DNA of 36,722 nt from an uncultured Alphaproteobacteria bacterium (GTDB lineage Bacteria; Pseudomonadota; Alphaproteobacteria; Rhodobacterales; Rhodobacteraceae): assembly GCA_929200295.1 (NCBI GenBank), contig CAKMZE010000001.1, positions 9,808 through 46,529 of the forward strand, in the 5' to 3' direction. Position 1 is the first letter of the stretch. Every line of letters begins with the position of its first letter. The notes below the pieces were generated by a model. It was not told the origin of the DNA, ran no database searches, and saw only the letters and a list, made by a program, of their open reading frames with translations. A program made the translations under genes and the position numbers. Of the stretch, positions 28,953-36,722 are shown one piece after another.

Positions 28953-28982
28953 GTATGGGGCAGCCAATGTGCTGCCCCATAT
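28953..28982 (+). other. Intercistronic hairpin after the binding-protein gene
   Basis: TATGGGGCAGC-N6-GCTGCCCCATA with no U-tract; probably an mRNA-stabilising stem. Confidence 0.65.
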
Positions 28983-29021
28983 GCCTCATACAGCGACGGG
29001 TACTTTTAGGGGAGCTGACAC

Positions 29022-30104
29022 ATGTCAGAGAACAGCGACGGGACAGGCGGCCTGACCTTCGATAAATCTAAACGGCAATGGCCAAATGAGCTAAACGTCT
29101 TTGGTGCGCTTATTCTTATTATCATTATCTTTGAAGTGCTCGGCCAAACCCTGCCCTATATGAACGGTCAAAGCTTGTTGTTTGATACAAGAGACCGGTT
29201 CGATTCTATTTTCAACGAACAACGCCTGCGGATCATTATTGTGCAGGTCGCCATTATCGGGATCATCGCCCTTGGCGTGACCCAGGTTATTATCACGGCT
29301 GGTATCGATCTGTCCTCGGGGTCTGTTGTCGGTGCGACCGCTATGATCGCGATGAGCTTTGCGCAGGTTGCCGAAGTGAACGGCAATCCAAACCCAAAGG
29401 CGATCTTTGGTGAATGGGCGCTGGATCTCCCGTGGATCATACCTGTTATCGTTGGCCTTGGGGTCGGCTTGATCGCAGGTTTTATTAATGGGTTGCTGGT
29501 CGCCTTTGCGCGGATCCCCCCATTTATTGCGACACTTGGCATGATGCTTTTTGCGCGCGGTGTGGCACAGTGGTGGTCACGCGGAAACCCTGTGTCTTTC
29601 CCGACCGAAGGCTACGCCGAAATCGGCGCTGGCATGATGCCAGTGATCATCTTTTTATCATTGGCGGTGCTGTTCCACTTTGTGATGAATTACACCGTCT
29701 ACGGCAAACACACCTATGCCATCGGCTCAAACGAGCAGGCCGCCCGCATGTCTGGTATCAACGTGCCGCGTCATTTGGTTCTGGTTTATGTCATAGCTGG
29801 CATGCTGGCGGGTCTGGCTGCCGTGATCCTCACGTCAAAGAACCTGACTGCACAATCCGGCATGGGTCTTACCTATGAGCTCGAGGCGATCGCGATGGCA
29901 GTGATTGGCGGCGTCTCGCTTTTCGGGGGGCGTGGATCGATTATCGGCACGGTGATCGGTGCGCTGATCATCGGTGTGATTACCTCTGGCTTTACCTTCC
30001 TTAAGCTGGGTGCATTTTACCAAGAAATGGTGCTCGGTATGATCATCGTCAGTGCGGTCGCATTGGACCAATGGCAACAACAACGTGCAGCTGCGCGTGC
30101 ATAA
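29022..30104 (+). CDS. Sugar ABC transporter permease (RbsC-type)
   Basis: GIDLSSGS, IPPFIATLGMM, YAIGSNEQAARMSGI, YELEAIAMAVIGGVSL.GGRG. Confidence 0.93.
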   Translation: MSENSDGTGGLTFDKSKRQWPNELNVFGALILIIIIFEVLGQTLPYMNGQSLLFDTRDRFDSIFNEQRLRIIIVQVAIIGIIALGVTQVIITAGIDLSSGSVVGATAMIAMSFAQVAEVNGNPNPKAIFGEWALDLPWIIPVIVGLGVGLIAGFINGLLVAFARIPPFIATLGMMLFARGVAQWWSRGNPVSFPTEGYAEIGAGMMPVIIFLSLAVLFHFVMNYTVYGKHTYAIGSNEQAARMSGINVPRHLVLVYVIAGMLAGLAAVILTSKNLTAQSGMGLTYELEAIAMAVIGGVSLFGGRGSIIGTVIGALIIGVITSGFTFLKLGAFYQEMVLGMIIVSAVALDQWQQQRAAARA

Positions 30105-30117
30105 AAGGACTGATCAG

Positions 30118-30891
30118 ATGTCGGATTATATCCTAGAGACCAAAGGTCTCACCAAATATTACGGTGGTGTGCACGCGCTTGAAAGCGCTGACTTTCAGCT
30201 AGAGCACGGCGAGCATGTGGCGATCATGGGCGATAACGGGGCGGGCAAATCCACCTTTGTGCGTCAAATCACTGGGGTCGAACAACGCACCCGTGGCGAG
30301 GTCATTTTTGATGGCGCGCCTGTGAGCTTTGCAGGCCCGCTTGATGCACGCGAAGCAGGGATCGAAACCGTGTTCCAAACATTGGCGCTCGCGGATGATC
30401 TAAATGTCCCTGATAACCTGTTCCTTGGGCGCGAAAAAACGAAATGGAATTTCTTAGGCCCGTTTCGCCGTCTTGATTACAAGGCAATGCGCGATGATAC
30501 CCTCGCGGGTCTTGTGAAAACCGGCGTGAAAATCCCTAACATCAAAAACACCATTGCCAATATGTCCGGTGGCCAGCGCCAATGTGTTGCGATTGCGCGC
30601 ACAGCGACCTTTGCCAGTAAGCTCACCATTATGGACGAACCAACAGCCGCTTTGGGAGTGCAGGAAACAGCGCAGGTCGAAAACATTATTCGCACGCTCA
30701 AGGACCAAGGCGAAAGCCTCATCCTTGTGTCACATAACATGCGGCAGGTGTTCGATCTTGTGGACCGTATCATCGTGTTTCGCCGAGGTCGTATTGTTGC
30801 AAACCTGCGCAAAGACGACACCGATGGCCAAGACGTTGTTGCCTATATCACAGGTGCAAAAACAGGCGCTGAATACGAAGGCGCAGCATGA
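30118..30891 (+). CDS. Sugar ABC transporter ATP-binding protein (single NBD)
   Basis: GDNGAGKST, MSGGQRQCVAIAR, DEPTAALG, VSHNM; start ATG 30118. Confidence 0.93.
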   Translation: MSDYILETKGLTKYYGGVHALESADFQLEHGEHVAIMGDNGAGKSTFVRQITGVEQRTRGEVIFDGAPVSFAGPLDAREAGIETVFQTLALADDLNVPDNLFLGREKTKWNFLGPFRRLDYKAMRDDTLAGLVKTGVKIPNIKNTIANMSGGQRQCVAIARTATFASKLTIMDEPTAALGVQETAQVENIIRTLKDQGESLILVSHNMRQVFDLVDRIIVFRRGRIVANLRKDDTDGQDVVAYITGAKTGAEYEGAA

Positions 30892-31109
30892 AGCTGTTCG
30901 ATCTCGCCGATCCATTCTTTGAACCGCTATGGATCCGTGTGGCGGTTGTCGCTGTGACAACGCTCTGGGGTTTGTTTGAACTGACAAGCGGTGCGCTTTT
31001 TTGGGCGATGTTCTTTTTGGGGCTTGCCGCGGTCTGTACATGGCGGTTTATGACGATTGATTACGCCGCCTTGCGCGACGCCAATCAAAAGGGTGAGAAT
31101 ACCGAGTAG
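30888..31109 (+). CDS. Small two-TM membrane protein of unknown function
   Basis: 73 aa; PFFEPLWIRVAVVAV..WGLFEL..GALFWAMFF; ATGA overlap with the ATPase stop; the lacI RBS follows its stop. Confidence 0.75.
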   Translation: MKLFDLADPFFEPLWIRVAVVAVTTLWGLFELTSGALFWAMFFLGLAAVCTWRFMTIDYAALRDANQKGENTE

Positions 31110-31118
31110 GAGGGTCAG

Positions 31119-32126
31119 ATGGCAGCCACGCTAAAAGATGTCGCCGCATTGGCCGGTGTCTCACGCTCTGCTGTCTCGCGTACTTATACAAAGGGCGCAT
31201 CGGTCTCTGCTAAAACCCGCGAAAAGGTACAGCGTGCGGCAGATAACCTTGGTTATAGACCCAATGCATTGGCATCCTCGCTCACCACAGGCCGCACGAA
31301 AATGATCGGCTTGGTGTCAAATAACTTTCACAACCCGATCTTTTTGCAGGTGTTCGACCTGTTTACAAAATCGCTGCAAGAACGCGGCTTGCGCCCCTTG
31401 TTGGTGAATCTCACTGATGAAACAGATCCGCAAAATTCAGTACAAATGCTGCGGCAATATTCTGTGGACGGGGTGATTGTCGCCTCCTCGACCTTGCCAG
31501 AAAGTTTTGCCGAGGCGTTTCGCACCGCGGGCATGCCCGTGGTGCATTCCTTTGGGCGCCATGTGGTAAAGCCCAAGGTCAATATCCTTGGCATTGATAA
31601 TATTCAGGCCGGGCGGCTTGCGGCAGAAACATTGGTCGCACGTGGATACCGCTCTGTCGCGTTCCTAGGGGGCCCAAAGGCCGCGACCTCAACACAAGAC
31701 CGTATGAGCGGTTTTTTAACCGCGTTAAAAGATCATCCAGACGTCACGGTCACAACATCCTTTGCCAGACAATATGCATTTGACGCAGGACGATCAGAAA
31801 TGCTGCGCTTAATCAATGAGGGCCCATTGGCAGAGGCGTATTTTTGCGGCGATGATGTGCTCTCTATTGGGGCGCTCTCAGCGCTGACATCACAAGGCAT
31901 CAAGACACCTGATGATGTAGGTATCATCGGCCTCAATGATATGGAAATGGCGGGCTGGGACAACATCAACCTCACAACAATCCACAATCCGATTGCCCAG
32001 ATCATTTCATCGTCCGTAGACAGTGTTGCGGATCTGGTCGCGGATCACACCCTTTCACCACAGGCGCAACTCTTCGCCTGCCATATCGTTGAACGCGGCA
32101 CACTTCGCCCCATTCTTAGGTTTTGA
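31119..32126 (+). CDS. LacI family transcriptional regulator (probable inositol-cluster repressor)
   Basis: TLKDVAALAGVSRSAVSR HTH, LGYRPNALASSL hinge, sugar-binding core; AGGAGG RBS. Confidence 0.94.
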   Translation: MAATLKDVAALAGVSRSAVSRTYTKGASVSAKTREKVQRAADNLGYRPNALASSLTTGRTKMIGLVSNNFHNPIFLQVFDLFTKSLQERGLRPLLVNLTDETDPQNSVQMLRQYSVDGVIVASSTLPESFAEAFRTAGMPVVHSFGRHVVKPKVNILGIDNIQAGRLAAETLVARGYRSVAFLGGPKAATSTQDRMSGFLTALKDHPDVTVTTSFARQYAFDAGRSEMLRLINEGPLAEAYFCGDDVLSIGALSALTSQGIKTPDDVGIIGLNDMEMAGWDNINLTTIHNPIAQIISSSVDSVADLVADHTLSPQAQLFACHIVERGTLRPILRF

Positions 32127-32158
32127 AATATCCCGGGGGTCTGGGGGCTGGCCCCCAG
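32111..32158. repeat. G-rich palindromic repeat, copy 2, overlapping the lacI 3' end
   Basis: CATTCTTAGGTTTTGAAATATCCCGGGGGTCTGGGGGCTGGCCCCCAG, identical to 13171-13218. Confidence 0.9.
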
Positions 32159-32198
32159 TGGTGGTCTTATCTAGGGGCCACACATCAGATCATCCACT

Positions 32199-32221
32199 GT
32201 AGGGTGGGCAATTTGCCCACC
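32199..32221 (+). repeat. GTAG-family REP-like element
   Basis: GTAG tetranucleotide followed by the palindrome GGTGGGCA-ATT-TGCCCACC, then TTTTT; intergenic between convergent genes. Confidence 0.65.
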
Positions 32222-32224
32222 TTT

Positions 32225-33379
32225 TTAGCGAAACATCTCAGGCCGCGCATCCAGCCATTTGCCATCCGCTTTGCCGCTTTCCGCCACCGCAAAAACAGCC
32301 GCCATTGAGCGCAAACCATCCTCAGCTTTGGGATACAGATTTGCCGCAGGGTCCATCACACGGCCCTGTTTGCGGGCCAAGATCGCTTCTGCCAAATCCG
32401 TATAGATATTGGCAAAAGCCAATGGCATGCCCTCGGCATGGCCAATCGTCACCCGGGTTGCGCGATCCGCTTCGGGCGATAGGTTTGCCTCACCACGCTC
32501 AATCACCTGTAACCGTTCATTCAGTGGCATATAATAAAGCTGGTTTGGCTGCTCTTGCGACCAGCGCAGCCCACCTGTTTCACCAAACACTTGTATCCCC
32601 AAACCATGCTGGCGCCCAATTGCGATTGAGCTGGTCCAAAGCCGGCCCACAGCGCCGCCATCCATGCGGAAATTCACCATCGCATCATCTTCAAGCGTGC
32701 GCACGTCGATACACGACACCGTATCGGCTGAAAGCTGCGTCACCTCTTGCCCGGTTACAAAGCTGGCCATATGCAGCGCATGTATACCGCAATCGGCAAA
32801 TTGTGCCGACACCCCTGCCTGCGCAGGATCATAGCGCCAGCGCACACGCGGATTATCCGCGTCCGTTGCATCCGCATGATGCCCGTGGGCAAATTCAGCA
32901 TTCACAAGCCGGACTTTTCCAATATCGCCGCGTGCGACCATTGCTTTCATATGACGCACCAAAGAATAGCCGGAATAGCCATAGTTCACCGCACAGATAT
33001 TGCCTGTCTTCTTGGCAATTTCCACGATCACAGCGCCCTCTTCGACGGTCATGGTCATTGGCTTTTCGCACAAGATATTAAACCCATTTTCCAAAAACGC
33101 TTTGGTGATTTCAAAATGCGTGGCGTTTGGCGTGGCAACGGTCACCAGATCAACCCGGTCGGCGCGCTTTTTCTCTGCTTCAAGCATATCCTGCCAGCTG
33201 CCATAGGCGCGCTCCCCAAGACCAAGCCTTTGACCGTACTCAATCCCCTCGTCTGGTCTGTGATCTAACGCACCTGCGGAGAACTCAAACAGCCCATCGA
33301 GCCCGGCGCCTAAACGATGTGCAGGACCAATTTGACTGCCCTCACCACCACCAATCATACCCCATTTCAGCTTTGTCAT
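32225..33379 (-). CDS. Gfo/Idh/MocA family oxidoreductase (inositol/inosose dehydrogenase-like)
   Basis: GMIGGGEGSQIG.AHR, VATPN..H, CEKP, DCGIHA, GHAEG. Confidence 0.88.
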   Translation of the reverse strand: MTKLKWGMIGGGEGSQIGPAHRLGAGLDGLFEFSAGALDHRPDEGIEYGQRLGLGERAYGSWQDMLEAEKKRADRVDLVTVATPNATHFEITKAFLENGFNILCEKPMTMTVEEGAVIVEIAKKTGNICAVNYGYSGYSLVRHMKAMVARGDIGKVRLVNAEFAHGHHADATDADNPRVRWRYDPAQAGVSAQFADCGIHALHMASFVTGQEVTQLSADTVSCIDVRTLEDDAMVNFRMDGGAVGRLWTSSIAIGRQHGLGIQVFGETGGLRWSQEQPNQLYYMPLNERLQVIERGEANLSPEADRATRVTIGHAEGMPLAFANIYTDLAEAILARKQGRVMDPAANLYPKAEDGLRSMAAVFAVAESGKADGKWLDARPEMFR

Positions 33380-33384
33380 CTCTC

Positions 33385-34281
33385 TTATGCTCCCTCAAAC
33401 CCAATGGATTGCAGATAGGTGCGGTTTAAAATCGCATCATCAATTGGCGATGTATCGCCCTCTGGGTCACAGTCCTGTTCGACTGTGCACCAGCCATCAA
33501 AGCCCGCATCCACAAGGATTTGCCGTACCTGCGGAAAATCAACATCCCCATCGCCAAGATTACAAAAGATCCCCTGACCACAGGCTTTGTAAAAATCCGT
33601 GCGGTTGGCGACGACGTCAACTTTTACCTTTGGGTCGATATCTTTGAAATGCATATAGCTGATCCGGTCGATATGGCGCTTCATAAAGGCGACAGGATCA
33701 AAGCCAGCATAAGAATGATGGCCTGTATCAAAACAGATCTTTAAAATCTTTTCATCCACCTCATCTAAGAGACGCTCTAGTTCAGGTTCAAAATCCATAA
33801 AGCCAGCAGCATGAGCATGAATACCGACGGTTAGCCCGTAGTCTTCGGCGCCCATTTTTGCGATATGGGCAATCCGGTCGCGAAATGCAGCCCATTCGCC
33901 AGTATCCATTTGTTCGGCCTCACTCGCACGACCCGCAGTTGGCGCGCGACGCGGCGAAATACTGTCGATCAAAACCAAATGCTGTGCCCCATGTGCTTTT
34001 AGCGCTTTACAGGTCCGCACCGCGCCATCCAAAACATCATGCCATGCATCTGGGTCATGAAACGGGCGAAACACCACACCACCGATCAGCTCTTGCTGAA
34101 ACTCATCCAGCGCCTCGCCCAAGATATGTGGGTCTTCGGGCATGTAGCCCACAGGGCCTAGCTCAATCCCGGTATATCCAGCTGCTGCATTTTCTTGCAG
34201 CACTTTGCGCCACGCGGGGTTGCGTGGGTCATCCGCGAACTCGACCCCCCAAGAACAGGGCGCATTTCCGATTTTAATCAT
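33385..34281 (-). CDS. Sugar-phosphate isomerase/TIM-barrel protein, IolE/MocC-like 2-keto-myo-inositol dehydratase
   Basis: GNAPCSWG, GIELGP.GY, HAHA, DTGH, HFKD, LGDGDVDF, VEQD metal-binding motifs; iol gene context. Confidence 0.8.
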   Translation of the reverse strand: MIKIGNAPCSWGVEFADDPRNPAWRKVLQENAAAGYTGIELGPVGYMPEDPHILGEALDEFQQELIGGVVFRPFHDPDAWHDVLDGAVRTCKALKAHGAQHLVLIDSISPRRAPTAGRASEAEQMDTGEWAAFRDRIAHIAKMGAEDYGLTVGIHAHAAGFMDFEPELERLLDEVDEKILKICFDTGHHSYAGFDPVAFMKRHIDRISYMHFKDIDPKVKVDVVANRTDFYKACGQGIFCNLGDGDVDFPQVRQILVDAGFDGWCTVEQDCDPEGDTSPIDDAILNRTYLQSIGFEGA

Positions 34282-34296
34282 GTTTCGTACATCCTT

Positions 34297-35409
34297 TTAG
34301 TAATCGGCGGTATTGACCCAGGCACCTTTTGCACTGGAATCAAGCACAGCAGCAACAACGCGGTTCACCTCAAGCCCCTCTTTAAAGCTTGGCCAGATAT
34401 CGCGTTTTTCGGCGATTGCCGTTAAAAAATCTTTCGCCTCGATGATGATCTGATCCTGATAACCCGTGCCATGCCCCGGCCCCTGACAAAACGGCAGATA
34501 GTCTGGATGCGCGGGCCCTGCGAGTATCTTGCGAAACCCGCGTTCGGTCTCTGGGCCTTCGGCGGTATAAAGCCAAAGCGCGTTTTGGTCTTCTTGATCA
34601 AAACGGATATGGCCCTTTGTGCCGTGGATCTCGTAGGCATAGCCCATCTTGCGCCCCATGGCGACGCGGCTAAAGAACATATGACCCTGTACGCCACTTT
34701 CAAAACGGCACATCATCTGGGCTTGGTCATCATTGGTCACAGGCGCACCCGCACGGGTTTTATGCACTGTTTCCACTGAGGCGCTGAGGCTTTCAATTGG
34801 CCCCATTAGCGCATGTGCTGCATTGATCATATGCGGCGCTAAATCTCCCATTGTCCCGTTGGATTGCCCCTGCGCGCGCCACCCGCCGATGCTGGGATCA
34901 GCAAAGAAATCTTCGGTCATTTCACCACGAAACCAGATCACATCACCAATCCGGTTTTCTGCAAGAAGCTGGCGCGCATATTGTGAGGCAGGCGTGCGAA
35001 TGTAGTTAAACCCAACCATATTTGGCTGACCCGAGGCGACCGCCGCCTCATACATCGCGACGGAATCGGCGAGCGAGGCGCCAAGCGGTTTTTCACATAG
35101 CACAGGCTTGCCCTTGGCAAAGGCTGCCAGTGCGATATCCCGGTGGGTCGATTGCGGTGAGGCGATGACAACTGCCTCGACCTTTGGATCATCGACAAGC
35201 GCACGCCAATCATCTGTGCCACGGGCAAATCCATAGGTTGCGCGGTATTTTTCAGCCGTTTCAGGCGATGAGGCCGCGATCATTTCTAGCCGTGGCCGCA
35301 GGGCCGTATCAAAAACAGAGGCCACAGCGGCAAAGGCAACCGAATGCGCCTTGCCCATATAGCCGCCACCAATAATCCCAATGCCGATCTGTGATGTTGA
35401 ACTGGTCAT
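34297..35409 (-). CDS. Gfo/Idh/MocA family oxidoreductase (IolG-like)
   Basis: GIIGGGYMGKAH, CEKPL, VGFNYIRTP, GDLAPH, GPGHGTGY; ATG 35409 with GGGAGG RBS. Confidence 0.88.
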   Translation of the reverse strand: MTSSTSQIGIGIIGGGYMGKAHSVAFAAVASVFDTALRPRLEMIAASSPETAEKYRATYGFARGTDDWRALVDDPKVEAVVIASPQSTHRDIALAAFAKGKPVLCEKPLGASLADSVAMYEAAVASGQPNMVGFNYIRTPASQYARQLLAENRIGDVIWFRGEMTEDFFADPSIGGWRAQGQSNGTMGDLAPHMINAAHALMGPIESLSASVETVHKTRAGAPVTNDDQAQMMCRFESGVQGHMFFSRVAMGRKMGYAYEIHGTKGHIRFDQEDQNALWLYTAEGPETERGFRKILAGPAHPDYLPFCQGPGHGTGYQDQIIIEAKDFLTAIAEKRDIWPSFKEGLEVNRVVAAVLDSSAKGAWVNTADY

Positions 35410-35430
35410 CTGGCCCTCCCAAAAAACCGA

Positions 35431-35446
35431 TTGCAACCGGTTGCAA
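35431..35446. promoter_or_regulatory. LacI-type operator TTGCAACCGGTTGCAA, copy 2
   Basis: Perfect 16-bp palindrome in the divergent oxidoreductase/iolD intergenic region. Confidence 0.8.
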
Positions 35447-35524
35447 ATGGGTTATCCTTGATCACGGCTTGGGGTCAATAACCAATCGCGGTTTAACGGA
35501 ATTTCAAAGCAATGGAGCGTCGGC

Positions 35525-36722
35525 ATGGGACAAGCCAGTGAAACGATTACTCTCACAGTTGCGCAGGCAATTGTCCGGTATCTTTCTGCGCAATATATTG
35601 AGATCGATGGCGTCAGCACCCGGATCTGCGGGGGCGGCTTTGGTATTTTTGGCCATGGCAATGTGACCTGTCTGGGCGAGGCGCTTTATGATCACCGTGA
35701 TGCGCTACCGCTCTATCGTGGTCAGAACGAACAAGGCATGGGCTTTGCCGCCGCCGCCTATGCCAAGGCACATTTGCGCAAACGCTTTATGTTTTGCACT
35801 GCGTCTGCGGGGCCGGGTACGGCAAACCTTTTGACGGCATCGGCTTTGGCCCATGCCAACCGCCTGCCGATGCTGATGCTCTGTGGTGATACGTTTCTCA
35901 CGCGCCTGCCTGATCCTGTGTTGCAACAGCTTGAGCATTTTGGCGACCCGACATTTGGTGTGAACGATGCGTTCAAAGCCGTCACACGCTATTGGGACCG
36001 GATCACACATCCCGCACAAATCATTCAGTCGCTGCCAGCGGCCTTGGCGACTTTGCTCGACCCTGCTGACTGCGGTCCTGCGTTTCTTGGCCTGCCGCAA
36101 GACGTGCAAGGCTGGACTTATGATTACCCGCTATCATTTTTCGCGGAACGCACACACCGCATCCGCCGCCAAGCCCCGGATGAGGCCGAGCTGAGCGATG
36201 CAATCTCGCTGCTCAAAACCGCAAAGCGCCCGATGATTATCGCGGGTGGCGGCGTGCAATATTCAGGCGCTGTCGCAGAGCTCACAGCCTTTGCAGAGGC
36301 AACGGGCATCCCCGTTGTGGAAACCATCGCAGGTCGTGCCAATATGCGCGCCAATCATCCGCTGAATATTGGTCCCATTGGGGTCACGGGATCAAACTCG
36401 GCTAATGCAATTGCAGAGAAAGCAGATGTGATTTTGGCGGTTGGCACACGTTTGCAGGATTTCACCACTGGGTCATGGACCGCCTTTGCCTTGGATGCGC
36501 AGATCATTGGTGTCAACGTTGGGCGCCATGATGCGGCCAAGCATATGTCGATGACAGTTGTTGGTGATGCCAAGCTTGCGCTCTTAGCGCTTGCCAGTGA
36601 TTACAAAGCGCCCGCCGCGTGGACGGAAAAGGCGCAAGATGAACGCCGTAAATGGGATGCCTATGTTGCCGATAATACCCGTGTTGGGAATGGCCCGGCC
36701 TCTTATGCGCAGGCAATCGGCG
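35525..36722 (+). CDS. iolD: 3D-(3,5/4)-trihydroxycyclohexane-1,2-dione acylhydrolase IolD (ThDP-dependent), 3' end outside window
   Basis: Not in the ORF track. Manual translation gives MGQASETITLTVAQAIVRYL..GIFGHGNVTCLGEAL..GQNEQGMGFAAAAYAK..PDPVLQQLEH..RYWDRI..GTRLQDFTTGS; GGAG RBS. Confidence 0.95.
   Translation, partial: MGQASETITLTVAQAIVRYLSAQYIEIDGVSTRICGGGFGIFGHGNVTCLGEALYDHRDALPLYRGQNEQGMGFAAAAYAKAHLRKRFMFCTASAGPGTANLLTASALAHANRLPMLMLCGDTFLTRLPDPVLQQLEHFGDPTFGVNDAFKAVTRYWDRITHPAQIIQSLPAALATLLDPADCGPAFLGLPQDVQGWTYDYPLSFFAERTHRIRRQAPDEAELSDAISLLKTAKRPMIIAGGGVQYSGAVAELTAFAEATGIPVVETIAGRANMRANHPLNIGPIGVTGSNSANAIAEKADVILAVGTRLQDFTTGSWTAFALDAQIIGVNVGRHDAAKHMSMTVVGDAKLALLALASDYKAPAAWTEKAQDERRKWDAYVADNTRVGNGPASYAQAIG

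Noticed and set aside
32305-33081. 258-aa plus-strand ORF and the many other long overlapping ORFs (e.g. 12284-12904, 17196-17753, 27679-28251)
   Set aside because: Shadow frames of well-supported genes with no recognisable motifs or RBS.

Overview
This is a chromosomal segment of an alphaproteobacterium, most likely Rhodobacteraceae/Roseobacter group, inferred from the regB-senC-regA locus, the tsaE-amgK-murU-addBA-trxA block and an adjacent PAS-only DivL-like gene. From left to right it holds: an IorAB-type molybdo-oxidoreductase pair (truncated at the left edge) with a divergent TetR; a polyol ABC/catabolic cluster with an internal MtlR-like AraC regulator; hslU and hslV separated by a membrane-protein gene and an antisense Tat-signal DM13 gene; the conserved core block trxA-addA-addB-murU-amgK-tsaE-divL-regB/senC-regA; a LysR with a divergent 54-aa small ORF missed by the ORF track; and an inositol uptake/catabolism cluster running off the right edge. 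I see no rRNA, tRNA, CRISPR array, transposase, prophage or defence system, and no clearly new multi-gene system. The most interesting signals are non-coding or very small: a 48-bp G-rich palindromic repeat present twice 19 kb apart (one copy supplies the lacI stop codon), a GTAG-type REP, a structured ~250-nt leader ahead of the inositol-binding protein, a perfect LacI-type operator present twice, a CtrA-like box upstream of divL, and the small ORF. All homology calls are from motif recognition only; no searches were run.
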